From NCBI RefSeq assembly GCF_009914755.1, contig NC_060947.1: 64,000 nucleotides of DNA; one strand, 5' to 3'. Below the pieces are notes generated by a model. The model searched no databases. It had not been told where the DNA came from and saw nothing but the letters and a program-made list of their open reading frames with translations. Below, piece by piece: positions 15,738 through 30,880 of the stretch (the stretch's first letter is position 1; each line of letters opens with the position of its first letter). This stretch comes from the human T2T-CHM13v2.0 reference genome, Homo sapiens. Made by a program: the position numbers and the translations under genes.

Positions 15738-17583
15738 ACACTTATTGAAATTATTTCTTCTGAAAATGATGTTTCTGAGATGTCGTTAATAAGGTGACTT
15801 TGGGGCTATTTTGATATTTTGGCCACGCTGCCATGACTGTTCTTGCACACATGCCAGGGACTCTCTGCAGTGCAGACTTGAGAGGGCAGAGTTGACGGGG
15901 CCATGCTTGCTTCTCTCATATATGTTCCCCATTGTCTCTGCAAAGGCAGTCCACCATTTTGTTCTCCTGCTGCAGTGTATGTCATTCTTATGACTCCACA
16001 ATTTCCATTTAAACAGGACACAGCATAAACACAAACTCACTCATCAGGTTTTCTCATCAAACCCTAGGACTATTCAAGGACATATTCTGAGGCATAAAGT
16101 GGGACTATTATGTTTGCATTTAGAAATGCACGTGTGAAATATGCCATTTATGTGGAAATAGGTGGAGAAAAATGAAAAGTATTCTAACATTACAGTGATA
16201 GGATATTACATTAGCAAATATTAATAATATTGGGAAACCCATTATTGCACAAATCTAGAGAAACAGGTGCTCTCATCTTGTAGTTGGTTGGGATATTCAT
16301 TAGTAAAGAGATTTTAACTTTCAACTAGGCAGTATATATTAAAAATAGTCATGCTCTTTGACAAAGAATAACCATTTGTGGAAATGTATCCTCCAGGTAC
16401 AGCATGGCAGATCATTATCACGCGTGTGTCCCCACTGCTGAGGGCTGAGCTGACCATTTCCCTAGCTGGTTTGCTACCTTCAGCCCCACCCGCCTTCCTG
16501 ACCCTGAGCTATCCATCCTTCCAACCAAACAGGAGAATCTGTCTCATGGATGGATGCCCAGCCTCGATGAACCATATACAGAGCTTCTCCAAACATGGAT
16601 ATGAAGCAATGCTTAGGTCCCTACTCCCAGAGGGACCTGTAGACCTCTGACCTCATCCCTGTCCAGGAGAAACCTCTCTTCTTCTCCCTTCTCTGTGTCC
16701 TCAGAACCCTTCCCCTCCCTGCCAGATACAAGCAGCCCAATCCTTTCCTTAAGTTTAAATTTTCATGCAGGATGAAGCAAACACTGGCTTCAGACAGCTT
16801 CTGCATCCAGCCCTGCTATAAACCCTTCCTGAGACAGAGGGAAAGAGGCCCAAGCCTGGTTTTCTGCTGGAAATGCAGGAAGGGTAAACACAAGGAGAAC
16901 AGAGATTAAACTCCTTAACAGTATATGTCCTCATGCTAAAGATCTGCCACCAGCAACTCAAGGTACCCAAGCTGGCAGGTTCTGGCAGTGGGCCTGGCTC
17001 TGGCAATGGGCGTGCTGAGCAACATTTTTGCCATCCAGCTCTGTGGTTAGGAGCATGTGCTTTGTAGTCGCAGACATCCATGAAGAAGAGAGGATACTGG
17101 TACCTCAGTAGCAGGGCTGTCATGAGATCAAATCCAGACACTAGAAGGACCTGGAGCTAGGCTCCTCTAAACGCTCTGCTCCGTAAGTGGAAGCTATCTT
17201 TCCTCCCTGGAGCAGGGAACTCATCTATTAATTTGACCTGCCTCCATGTCCAGGGCTTCTTAACCAGGATGCATATCAGAGTCACCTTGATGAGCCTTTT
17301 CTAAACCCTCAGCTGAAACTCCTTTGTTGGTAGAAATAGGACTGCTGCACAAAGGCCATTCAAGTCATTAAGCTGTAATAATATGGGCCTCAGAAAATGT
17401 ATACATCAATGTTGCACCAATAGTGTATATGAAAGTCTGTCTCCCCTTTATTTCACCAGCACTAGGTATTACTGGTTTTTGTCCTTTTTTTCAGTCTTAC
17501 CTGCTCATTTTCCTTAGACTTGCCTCATTGGAAATATTATGTCAGAAGGTCAATAAAACTTACATATCCAAAGGCTACACCCG

Positions 17584-18181
17584 TAGGGTTGCCAGATTTT
17601 GCAGATAAAAATATGAGATGCCCAGTTGAATTCAAATAAAATAATATTGCATGCCACATCCAGAGTCACATATCCAATACAGTATGTGTGTGTGTATGTA
17701 TGTATGTATCTATCTACCTATCTATCTAAATAGAGGGTTTGGGGAGAGACTGATTTATTTTCAGAAATTGGCTAGCATGATTATGGTAGTTGGAAGTCCC
17801 AAATTTGCAGGGTGTGTTTGCAGACTGCAGACCAGTGAAGAGCCAATGTTGCAGTTTAATTCCAAAGGCCATCTACCAGCACACTTCCTTTTGCTTCAGG
17901 GGATGTCAGTCTTTTTTTTTCTATGCAGACTTCCAGTTGATTAGATGAGGCCTACCCACAGTATAGATGGTAATCTGCTTTACACAATATCCAGAAATTT
18001 AAATTTTAATCTCATTCAAAAACACCAAAGAAACATCCAGAATAATGTTTGATGAGCTATCTGTGTACTTTAGCCCAGCCAAGTTGACATATAAATATAA
18101 CCATCACACACTAAAATATTATTCATTATTTATCTGGAATTAAATTTAACTGAGTGTCTTCTATTTTATCTGGCTACCCTA
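17584..18181. mobile_element. MER53-like element split by a nested MLT2-type LTR (~17690-18110)
   Basis: Terminal inverted ends agggttgccagat (17585) and atctggctaccct (18168-18180); internal MLT2-like end 'aagttgacatataaatataaccatcaca'. Confidence 0.7.
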
Positions 18182-18754
18182 CCCATGGAGGACTCTGTGT
18201 CAAACCAAAGTGTTCCAGGCAAAACCCCAGCTTTGCTGGAGATACCAGTACCAGTCATCATCCATGTGAGTGAGCCTCTTGGATGTCCCAGATGTGTGGA
18301 GCATCCATATGACTGCATCCCCAGGTGACAGATACCCCATGAAGCAGAAAACGCCCAGCTCAGCCCAGTCAACACACAGAATCCTGAGCGATAATAGATG
18401 GCTATTTTGGGGGACAATGGTTAAGGAGAAATATATATGCAAAACATTAGGGTTTTGGTGAGCTTTCCCTCTTTTTCTGTGATCTGTTACTGAATAAGAA
18501 AGAGATTCTCTTATCCTTGAAGGCTTGGTGGAACTTAGTTATAATTTTGACTATAATCTGAGTGTTGGTTTATATGTGGATAGAGATTTGTGGACATATC
18601 ATTGATTCCTACTTGAAGAGATTTCCAATGGAAATTTTCACAATGTATAAATTTTCCACTACTATTGGAATTTGGAGCCTAATACCGTAAGATGAGCCTC
18701 TACTACAGTCACGTAAATTAAGGTGTTGAGAGTGTGTTGCTACAAACCACTTCA

Positions 18755-19119
18755 TACTATGCAGCCATAAAAAATGAGTTCATGTCCTTTGTAGGGACAT
18801 GGATGAAGCTGGAAACCATCATTCTCAGCAAACTATCGCAAGGACAAAAAACCAAACACCGCATGTTCTCACTTATACGTGGGAATTGAACAATGAAAAC
18901 ACATGGACACAGGAAGGGGAACATCACACACCGGGGACTGTTGTGGGGTGGGGGGAGGGGGGAGGGATAGCATTAGGTGATATACCTAATGCTAAATGAC
19001 GAGTTAATGGGTGCAGCACACCAACATGGCACATGTATACATATGTAACAAACCCGCATGCTGTGCACATGTACCCTAAAACTTAAAGTATAATAATAAA
19101 AAAATAAAAAATAAAAAAA
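18755..19119 (+). mobile_element. 5'-truncated young L1PA 3' end
   Basis: Nearly the reverse complement of 8130-8480; G-rich tract, 'gtaccctaaaacttaaagtataataat' and A-tail. Confidence 0.95.
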
Positions 19120-19511
19120 CCTCAGAGGTTGGCTTAGTGAGTAACGATTCCAAACAAGGGATATTTCTTCACATTTCTCCTGCTACAGGGATAGCCCTTG
19201 GCAAGAAAGTCACTTTTCTTGAACACACCTAGACAGGGCTCCTTCAGGAGACAGCAGGCCATTATGCATTGCAATCCTTGGCATTTGTGACTGTCCCAAT
19301 GCAGCACTGCTTTGTGGATACTGTCAATTCTGGGGCTCATTCGTAGCCCATGTGACAGCAAATCTAAGTCACATTCTCCAATATCACCTTAATAAGAAAT
19401 AAAGCCCATGTAATTTTAAAATTATATATCTTGGTTTAGTGCTAAGACTTGGAGCAGTGGAGTACTTGGTGGGGGCTGGGGGTGGGGGAGGTTAGAGATT
19501 CAAGCATTGTA

Positions 19512-20048
<537 letters not shown>

Positions 20049-20822
20049 TCACATGGAATAAAATATTGGGATGGGGGATAAAGACTTTGTCAAGACAAAC
20101 CATTGTATGATTGAATTGATTAGGTTTTTGCCTACTAAATGACTATATTATTCTAAGCCTGATTCCCTGAAATAACTTAGAGATATCTTAAATGACATAT
20201 TTTGGTGTCCCTAGGTTGTTTAGTCATATGATTATAAACAGTCTCTCAGTTTTCTGCCACAGATACCTAACTGCCTAGCATGGTGTGTGAGTTGTACATG
20301 TTCCCTCCCTCAGGGCTAGCTCATCGTCTAGAGCCTTAGGATACCGCCCTGGGTCTCTATGTAGTGATAATACTCCCTCAAGGTCACTTTTAAAGCAAAC
20401 AAAATTCCCAACAACACGGACTTCTGTCCTTTATCAAATAAGGCAGAGTTCCACCAACTGCCTGGGTCCCAGTCTAGTTTCTTTTATTGGTAAGCTTTCT
20501 CAGGCGGTAGTCTGAAGAGTGAAGGTTTTTTGCTTTCCGAGAAAGGCAAGAGGACAGAGGGTGGTGTGGAGGCAGCATTTCCGAAGTGGAGGACAAGCCT
20601 GTACATCTCGGTTGCCATAGAAACCAGACATAATAAGGGTGACTGTGACGACTTTTCAATAGAGACTTACATGGCCTGGTGAAAAAAGCAGGGTTGCCTT
20701 CAGGTGTTTGAGACTCAACTGAAGATGTAGGGCTGAACTGCCCCGGGGTGTGGGAAGACAAAGGATCCCAGCCAAGTCTCCTTGTTCTTGCTTTGGGACT
20801 CGGTGCCCTTGCTGTCTGGTGA

Positions 20823-20869
20823 CAGGACACCACACTTCCCCTCCTGGCCCCGGGAAGTGTGATGTCCTG
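20823..20869. other. Near-perfect 18-bp inverted repeat with ETS-type GGAAGT motifs
   Basis: caggaca-c-cacacttccc / 11-nt loop / gggaagtgtg-a-tgtcctg. Confidence 0.85.
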
Positions 20870-22029
20870 CTCCAAAGTGTCTCAGAGCTACTTCCCATGT
20901 AAAGGAGGAGCGTGAGAGGATGATACAGGCAAAGACTGAGCTTAGTGTCCCCTTCTGTATAATGGGGATAATTATGCTCACCCATAGAATTTCTGGAATT
21001 TACTATGATAAAGTAGGTACACGACCATAGCCCTGTGGTTATTGTGGGATCAGGAATGTGTATGTGAATTCAGGCATCTTTTTATTCCTTTTCAGATTTG
21101 TTGTTGGGGATAGATAAGGAAAGAAGAAAAAGGCTCTGGTGAGAAACCCATTGTACCTTCTGGATATGATCACTACCCAATTTTATCAGTGTCATTGATC
21201 ACTAACCCAGTGCCTCGTATGGTGCCAGGCACAGAGTTACTCCAAGAATGTACAATAATGGCTGGATTCTCTTTCTCCCTGTGCAACTCTTCATGCATGT
21301 GACTGAACTTATATTAAGTGTCTGAAGGAGGTTCGTTCTGAGGATCTGGGACATGATGGGTGCTGAAGCTTCTACTCAAGATTTGAAGGGCAGCTGTCCT
21401 CAGGAGACCCCTGGCACTTCCCTCCATGGTGGGATGTGATGCCTGATTCCAGTGAGTTCATAGAGCTGAACAAAAGTACGTTGTGGAATAGCTCCTGTGA
21501 GGTTCACAACATAGTCCGGAAGATGAGAAACTACTTTTTTTAGTAACCTGGATTCCCATCTAAGAGATGCCTTACTTTATCGTAAAGCAATGAGTTGTTC
21601 ACTTGAGGAGGGAACTTCATGTTTAACATGTATTTGCAACAAATTTACATACATTTTCTGCCTGTATGAATAGTTGTCAGTGATGCCCATGAATTTCTCA
21701 GATGGATGTTGAAGTATACAGTTAGAAGGTTAGAAGATCTTCCTAGCAATCTGTGATTACGGTATGCATTCTTCCATGGTTTCTACGTTTTTGTCTATTC
21801 TATAATGAAATTTTCTAAGAAGCCAGAAATTAATTAAGTGCTACCTAAAAATATCAAAATGTCAGGTACAAGAATTTGGCATTTTCAAAATTAGTAATTA
21901 CAATGTAAGTTTGCCCTATTATAATGATACCCAGCTATGTCCAGTAACATAACTAGATTGTTCTGAATACCGTTATTATTTCCCAATAATACAAACATCA
22001 CAATTTCAGTTCTGTAGTACCTGGCCTAC

Positions 22030-23670
22030 CTACCCTTCCCACTGCCTTGCCCCAGGTAAACACAGCATGCCTGTCACTATACATTATTTTACATGCCTGG
22101 AAATATATTTAAATGGAATCATAGAGGTGGTTTCTTTTTTTTTTTTTTATCAACACCTGGCTTTTTTCATTCACTCCACTTATTTTTATATTTATCCATT
22201 TTATTGCATTTATCTATTGATATACTTCATTCTTTTTGATTGCTAAATACTATTGCGGTATACAACCACACTAAACATTTTATTATCCATCCATTTGTCG
22301 ATGGACATTTTGGTTGTTTCTCATTTGGGGCTCTTGTAAATAAAGCTGCTATGAACATTTGTGAATAAGTCTTTTTGTGAAAATATGCATTCTCATTCAA
22401 GGGTCAATACTTAGGAGTTCAATCTCTGGATCATGTGGTAGAGGTAAGATTAACATTGTAAGAAATGGCCAAACTGTTTTCAAAGTGGTTGTACCATTTT
22501 TCATTCCAATGAGCAGCGTATGAGGGTTTCAGCTTCCAGAAAATTGCCAGTGATTGGTATGGTCAGTCTTTTAAATTTTGATCATTCTTCTGGAATGTAA
22601 TAGTATCTCACTGTACTTTTCATTTTCTTTCCCTAATTATTAATGATGTTGAATATCTTTTCATATGCTTATTTGACATCTGTATATTTTCTATAGTGGA
22701 GTGTCTTTTCAACTCTTCTGTCCATTTATTTATTGGAGTGTCTGTTTTTTCCTTAAGGAGCTTTGTGAGATTTTCTGTATTCTGGATATAAGCCTTTTAC
22801 CAGATAAATGGTTTCCAAACATTTTCTTCCAGACAAGGGCTTGTCAACAGTATCTTTGGAAGAACAAAGTTTTTAACTTTTGGGAAGTCTAATTTATTGA
22901 TTTCTTCACCTACAGATTGTAGTTTTGTCTCACTAATGAAGTCTTTACCTAACCCAAAGTCACAAGGATTTTCTCCTGTATTTTCTGGTAGAAGTCTTAT
23001 AGTTTTAGGTTTTATATGTATATCTATGATCCACTTTGAGTTGACTTTTGTATATAGTATGATATTTGGATCACTGTTTGTATTTGTGAATATAGATAAC
23101 CACTTCTCCCAGCACAATTTGTTGAAAAGAGTATCTTTGCTCCACTGAATTGCCTTTGCATCTTTGTCAAAAAAACAGTTATCCATGTAGGTTTGGTCGG
23201 TTTTGGATTCCTTATTCTATTCCTTTGATCTGCTTTTCTACCTTGATGCCAACAGCACAGTCTTGATTACTGTAGATTTGTAAAGAGTCTTGAAGTCAGG
23301 TAGTGTTTGTTCTCTGACTTTGACCTTTTATTCAAAGTTGTTTTTATCAGCTAGATCCATTAAATTTTCACATGAATTTTAGAATCAGCCTATCAATTCC
23401 CTTTTTAAAACTTTGGTAAAATTTTTTATTCAGTTTGCATTAAATTTATAGATGAGATCGGGGAGAATTAATATCTTAACAATACTGAGTCTTCTCATCC
23501 ATGAACACAGTATATTCCCCATTTATTTAAGTCTCCTTTAATCCTCTCAGCAATGTTTTGTAATGTTCAGTATGCAGGTGTTATACAATTGTGGACAGAT
23601 TATCCATAAATATTTCATACTTTTTGAAGCTACTGTAAATGGCATTATTTTTAAATACAATGCCTAATTA
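22030..23670 (-). mobile_element. Old L1M (ORF2 3' half and 3'UTR)
   Basis: ORF 22797..23186 resembles degenerate L1 ORF2 (FDKDAKAIQWSKDTLFNKLCWEKW). Confidence 0.85.
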
Positions 23671-23934
23671 CTATATTTTCTCTGAATTATTATATTTTCT
23701 CAGCAGCCAAATAATAATAGCTCAAGTTTTTTTTTTTTTTGATTGAAAGCACGGGCCACTTTTTGATGGAAAAAGTATTTGAAAGATGTCTCAGAGATAT
23801 TCTCCAGAAAAATTAATCATTAAAAGAGCATAGTTCAGTAGATTTCAATTTTATATGTGTGCTTAAAATAAATCTGTTGAAATGCGAGGTTTGCTGTTTT
23901 TTGTTGGTGATGGTGGTGGTTGTGGTGGTGGTGT

Positions 23935-24255
23935 TTTTTTTGGGTTTTTTTGTTTTTTGTTTTTTGTTTTGACAGCATCTTGCTTTGTTGCCCAGGCTAG
24001 AGTAAAGTAGTACAATCATAGCTCACAGCAGCCTTAACCTCCTGAGTTCAAGCAATCCTCCCGCCTCAGCCTCTCGAGAAGCTGGGACTCCAGGTGCACA
24101 CCACCACACCTGACTAACTTATTGTTTACTTTTTTTTTGTAGAGACAGAGTCTCATGTTTCCCAGGCTGATGTCAAACTCCTGGGCTCAAGTGACCCTCC
24201 CACCTCAGCCTCCCAAAATGTCGAGATTACAGGCATAAGCCACCACGCCTGGCCA
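23935..24255 (-). mobile_element. Alu (AluJ-type)
   Basis: AluJ diagnostics 'atcatagctcac', 'ctcctgggctcaagtga'; T-rich tail. Confidence 0.9.
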
Positions 24256-24663
24256 GGTTTTAATTTTTTATCTGCCCACCCACCCACTCAGTAAATCTAC
24301 ATCAATGAATTCCTGGGATCTGGGATGGTGAGAGAGATCAAGTATGTATGTATGTGGGTATGTATGTATTATGAATGTATATATCACTGAAGCTGCCAGG
24401 AATGTTTATTGTAAGGGATAGTTGAGGTTAATTACCGTGCATCATGTGAGTCCTATTCAGTTCCAAGCATATATTAGGAATAAGATCAGGGTGGTCATTC
24501 ATTTTTTTCCCAGCTTTTTTGGGCAAGCATGGTTACCATGATGACTCAGTGACCACTGTGGGATTTGCTGGTACAAACTGAGCATTTATGATTTTTACCT
24601 GAATCACTTACAACTATGAGAGTTGTCAAATGTTGCTTTTCTAATTCTGTTATTCCTTCATGA

Positions 24664-25211
<548 letters not shown>

Positions 25212-25864
25212 TGACTGTGAGATTCCTATTTTTTTTTCAAAGGGTTACACTCTATTACTATCATTCTGTGCTTTGATGCTCACATTTTTCCAGAATTGGC
25301 CAGTGGAAGGATCTTGAAGTTGGTCTCAGTGTTTGCTTGACACCTCCCTAGAATTCTTTGAGCATGTATTTTGCTCTCTGAGCCTGACTGTATTCCCATC
25401 TGTGGAAAGGAAGTAATGATACTCACCTCAGAGCATAGCTTTGAGGCTTTGAATAGAAAGTGTCTGAAAATAACAACCTAAAGCTTGTGGTGTCTTGTAG
25501 GCCATCAGCAAATGTTCTTCATTCTAACATTGCCTCCTTCACTATGCCAATGTGATGTCTCTGACATTAATGTAATAGCATGACTACTAGGGTGAATACT
25601 TGGAAATGTAACAGCAAGCACAGATAAGCCCACATTTCTATTATGTGTGAGCTTCAGTGTCACTGTTGTGTGTAGCAGGGGGTGGTAGGATGGAGCTGGG
25701 GAAGAGGAAAAGTGTCATTGCACAGCTTCCAGTTAACTGAGTGGGGACAGGCCAGACATCATCATCCCATCCCCTGTGTTTCATGTGCTTTCCCATCCTC
25801 TTACTTTCCTCTCTATTCCATGTGCTTTCTTATCTTCTTAATCTCCCTTCTAATGCAACATCAG

Positions 25865-25994
25865 AGAAGGGTGTGGACTCTGCATCTCAGAACCAGGAGC
25901 TGATAGAGAAGAACCAAGTTTGTTGTGGAGTCTGCTAGACAGGTTACTGGAGCAAGAGTGAAAAGATCAGGGTCTCATCACTGGGACACTTTAG
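25865..25994 (+). other. Candidate 130-nt non-coding exon
   Basis: Long pyrimidine tract ~25770-25850, acceptor catcag|, strong donor tag|gtgagt. Confidence 0.3.
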
Positions 25995-26204
25995 GTGAGT
26001 CACTACCCTTCCACCAGCCTCGCCCATATGGCAGGATAACAATTCCCAATCCTCCAGACTACCTGGAATACTCTGGAGTTTAAGTGTGATCCCATGTGAA
26101 AAAGCCATCAGTGGTCAGGTGGAATGGAAGAGCCAGTAAACTTTCAAGTAATTACATTTACAGAGACACTTCAGATGTTCCAGAACTCTGCATGGAGGCA
26201 TTAA

Positions 26205-26745
<541 letters not shown>

Positions 26746-26869
26746 TTGGCAACAAGGCCCATGAAAATTTGAATCCTTTGATGTCTAATTTCATTGTTAG
26801 TTGCTCATGCTACTCAGTTTTAAATATCCGTGTGATCTCTGGTGTGTCCAATATGTAACAATTCCTTCA

Positions 26870-27720
26870 ATTCAGTAATACTCAATGATTTATGTGTGAA
26901 GCTCTGGTCTAGGCACCGGGGAAACATCACAGAAAACAAGACAGGCAGGGGTTCCCAGGAGCTATCATTCTAGTCTGGAAAAACTGACAATAAGCAGGTA
27001 AATAAATCAGCAAGCATGTGATTTCATATGAGGATATGCTCTTTGAAGAAAATAAGCATAACTAAATAAAGTAGAGAAGGATCAACATAAGGATTATTAT
27101 AGATGGGGTTGTCGGTGTACTCTTTCTCAGGAAGTGATACTTGACCTGAGTCTTGAATGATAGGAAGAAGCCAGGCATGGAGAGGCCGTTTTGTCAGTGT
27201 CCCTATGTTGTGTGTGGACACCATTGATCCAGGAACAGAGGACAAGCTAGAGTGGCTGGAGCCTAGCAGACAGTGTGCAATCTGGTGGGAGATGAAGTTG
27301 AAGGGTAGACAGGAGCCACATGGTTTGGGCCCTGTAAGGAGTTTGGATAATTGTATTGTGAGTGTCAAGATTAGAGTATGGGAGTGACATGGTCTGATTC
27401 TTGTTGTCAGAAGGTGACTCTGGCTGCTTTGTGGAGAATGGACTGGAAAGGGACAAGGTATGGAGGGAGGATAACCATTGGGAGAATATTGTAGAAGTCC
27501 AGGGAAGAGGTGGAGGTAGATGGGATCAGGGCTGCAGCTGTGTGCAGAGGTGGGGGTGGGGTGGGTGGACCTCAACAGAGGGTATTTGGAGGTAGGGCAG
27601 GTAGGACTTGCAGTACCTGTGCAGGTAGGGTGTGGGGGATAAGGCAGAGTGGAGGAGGACCCCAGGTCTTTTTGTTCAGCCAGATGGAGAAATGATGGTG
27701 CTGTTTTCTGAGATCAATCC
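26870..27720. mobile_element. L2 fragment
   Basis: L2-like motifs 'tgactctggctgctttgtggagaatggactgg', 'tgacctgagtcttgaatga'. Confidence 0.7.
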
Positions 27721-27924
27721 TTCCAAGTGCTTTTGAGATAGTCTCAAGTTAATTAGTTAGGTCATCCAGATGTGGGTTAGTCGTGAAAGTTAGTAATTTA
27801 AAAAATGTATCAGTTGATAATTAAGATTCAATTGTAAGACTATAATGCTTTATTTAAGTAACATGAAAACTATTAAACTTTTAAAACTTGAAAAATCTCA
27901 ATATGCAAATTCACATTTAATGAG

Positions 27925-28090
27925 CAGTTACTGTGTTCCTACTACTGGTCTAAGAGTTTGCATGTATTAACTCAAGTAATTCTCAAAGCAACAACTCATG
28001 AGGTAGGGACAGTTGCTTGCCCCAGTTTACAGAAAAACGAAATTGAAGTACAGAGTGGTTCTTTCACTCTCCCAACGTCACAGAGAGCCA
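27925..28090. mobile_element. MIR
   Basis: 'atgaggtaggg...cccagtttacaga...aaattgaagtacagag' MIR core-like. Confidence 0.55.
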
Positions 28091-28904
28091 GGTATCCCAA
28101 TTTCTCTGTAGTATAATTTTTTAAATAATCGAATTCTTGGCTGTTTATCCTTGTAAAACCAAAACACAAAGCAGTATTCGTTTAAAAAATGATTTGTCTT
28201 CTTTGGTAAGTATTGCATAATCCCAGTCTACTGATGAGGCATTTGAGTGACTGTAAGGTGAAGCAAAAGTATTCGAAGTCACATAGGTTACAGAAAGTAG
28301 GGCTTGTCCCTAGTCCGTCTCCAGATCCCACACTCCTAACCAGTACAATTATGGAGAAGAAAAAGCCATGTCAGCCCATGGTGGTTCATGTATGTCTTTG
28401 GTTGGAAAGTATCTTTCAGTAGCTTTTGTGCCATGTACCAAGATGATATCTATTTAAGAAAATGTAAAAAGGTAATAACTGTAAAACCAAAAGAAATTAT
28501 TTCAAAAATACATTAATCATCATAATATGCATTAGACAACTTGGCTATTCAAATAATTCCTTGGAATTCAAAGATGAATTATCTTCCTTTTTAGGAATTC
28601 GTAGTGCTTTTCCAGGTGGAAGTCACTTTGTCCAGTGTTTTAAGTTTCTTTGGTTTGGAGACAGGCCTGATCAGACCACCATTGATTGGTGACGCAGATA
28701 AGGTGTGGTAATTTACTCAAGGTCACCTAGAGTTTATGGATTAGGGCTGGCACTGGGCACAGGTACATCTCCTGTCTCACACAGTTATCTGTTCTCAGAC
28801 CTGGCATTAGCATTTTTCTTATGTATAGTGAATCACTTTTCAAGGGTTCAGAGGATACATGCTTCTCTGAGGTTAACTTGCAGGTAATATAGGAAGACAT
28901 AGAA

Positions 28905-29620
28905 TACCTTCAAATAAATGGAAATGGGATAATGATTTTCCTTTCCTTTCCCAAAATCCATTGGGACATTAGAAGAAAAATGCCTGGAATCATACAGCAT
29001 ACAGTCTTTTGTGTCTGGCTTCTTTCAATCAGCATAATGTCTGTGTGATTTCCATTATTGTTGTCTATAGTTGTAGATTGTTCATTCTCATTGATGGATG
29101 GCATTGCATTGTTCGGATATTTCACAATATATGTATCCCTTTTGGAGATACATATTTTTCAGTGTTTGACTTATGAATAATGGTGTTATGAATGATCTTA
29201 TACATATGTTTGGATAGACATTTATTTTCATTTCTCTTGGGCATGTGCCAAGGACTGACATTTCTGAGTCACAGGGTATATGTATGTTCAGCTCAGTGGA
29301 TACTGCCCATTTTTCAAAGTGGTTTTTCCAATCTGTATCCCCATCAACAGTGTGTAAGAGTTCCACTGCTCCACATCCTTGCCAGCACTTAGTGTTTTCC
29401 ATCTTTTTTGTTTTTTTCTTTTGGTGGGTGTGTAGCAGTATCTCATTGTGGTTTTAATATCAGTTTCTCCTTAATTTAGTTCTCTCTGAAGTTTTAAGTC
29501 TCTTTTAGTCAAAGAAGGTCTGTACTCTTTTTAAAAACCTTATTTATTTGCTTAAGAAATTGGATTGTTATCCTGTGGAGTTTGCATTCTGGATATTGCT
29601 GATTGTGTCCTTATTTTGTT
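28905..29620 (+). repeat. L1M-containing block paralogous (inverted) to ~61040-62025
   Basis: Shared flank and L1M junction: 'gattttcctttcctttcccaaaatccattgg...cctggaatcatacagca' vs minus-strand 'gatttttctctccttccccaaacactattgg...cctgaaatcataaaaca'. Confidence 0.7.
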
Positions 29621-30409
29621 GTTTATTAAGTTCATCTGGCCACTCTTATGTCCTTTAAATTGGTAATTAGATTTAGATGCTTGTTCAGATTCAAGTTTTT
29701 TGGCTTGAATATCTCAGGTGAGGTGGTGTTTATTCTTACAATGTTATACTAGGAGGCTCATTGGATCTGGTTGTCTCTCCTGTGATGTTGAAATTAATCA
29801 CTGGGTTCAGGTGTTGTCAGCCTGATCTATTCTTTATAAAATTTCCCTATTCACCTTTACTTCATGTTTTTTTGCAGTCTCTGAATATTCTTACCTGTAT
29901 CTGCATTTCATTAAATGTTACAAAAAGGGTGACATTGTAATTCTGATTTCTTCTGCCTTCACCAGCTGGAATTCATGTATAAAGAAAACTTCCTCTGACC
30001 TATTAGATTATACTGAGATATGGTATACACAGGGAAGGTAGGATGAATGTTTAGTTCTTTTGCAGTATTTCCACTTTTCAAAACAGTGACTTGTTTCCTT
30101 AGGAGTTTCCAAAGGTAAGCAGTGAGCTTGTTCTGTTTGTGTTTCGTTTTTTGGATTCAGTCTGAGTACTTTTGGTTGCTCATTGCTACTGGGTTGGTCA
30201 TTGTTTTTTGTCCTCTCCAGTGTGTTTAACCAGGAAAATGTGTATCCTTTGTAAGAGATAAATGTCATCTGCTTTTATCCTGGGCTGCTTCTCTGTCTTA
30301 TGGTAGGTAATCATTTTATTAGTTTTTGTTATTACCCTCGTTCTAAAAAATATAAGCAAATACAATATGTATATTATTTATTATATTACCTCCTCAGTAA
30401 AAATTTATC

Positions 30410-30880
30410 CAGAACTGAAAATGTTCTGTATCTAAACTGTATAACACAGTAGCCACTAGCTAGCTGTGGTTATTGAGCATGTGAAACGTGATGAGTGAGA
30501 CTGAGAAACTGAGTTTGTAATTTAATTTAAGTTGCCACGTGTCAGTAGTGGCTACTGTATTGGACACTGCTGCTCTATACTTTTTTTCTTCTTCTTCTTC
30601 TTCTTGCTTTTTATTTCACAATGTGCCGTGGACATTAGTCATAGCAGTATAGAGAGGGAGTCCTCCTTGCTTTTTATACTTGCATAGTACTCTAGGGTGT
30701 AGTTGTACCTTAGATTATTTAGTTGGCCCTATACTGGGCATCTGTCATATTACTACTATTCTGTTAGGAATTTTCTACCATAAATGGCCTTGTGTATATG
30801 CCTTTTATCTTTTTTGCAGTGTTTCTTTGGGATGGATTTTTAGAAGAGGGATTGCTGTTTCCAAGAGTAAATACCAATGT
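30410..30880 (+). repeat. MER3/MER33-like element plus flank, paralogous to 37975-38450
   Basis: Both carry the same MER remnant followed by 'catag(t/a)actct(a/g)gg(g/a)tgtag(t/a)tgtaccttagattatt'. Confidence 0.7.

Noticed and set aside
27024-27575. 183-aa ORF on the minus strand
   Set aside because: Lies inside an L2 remnant and has no recognisable domain or splice context.
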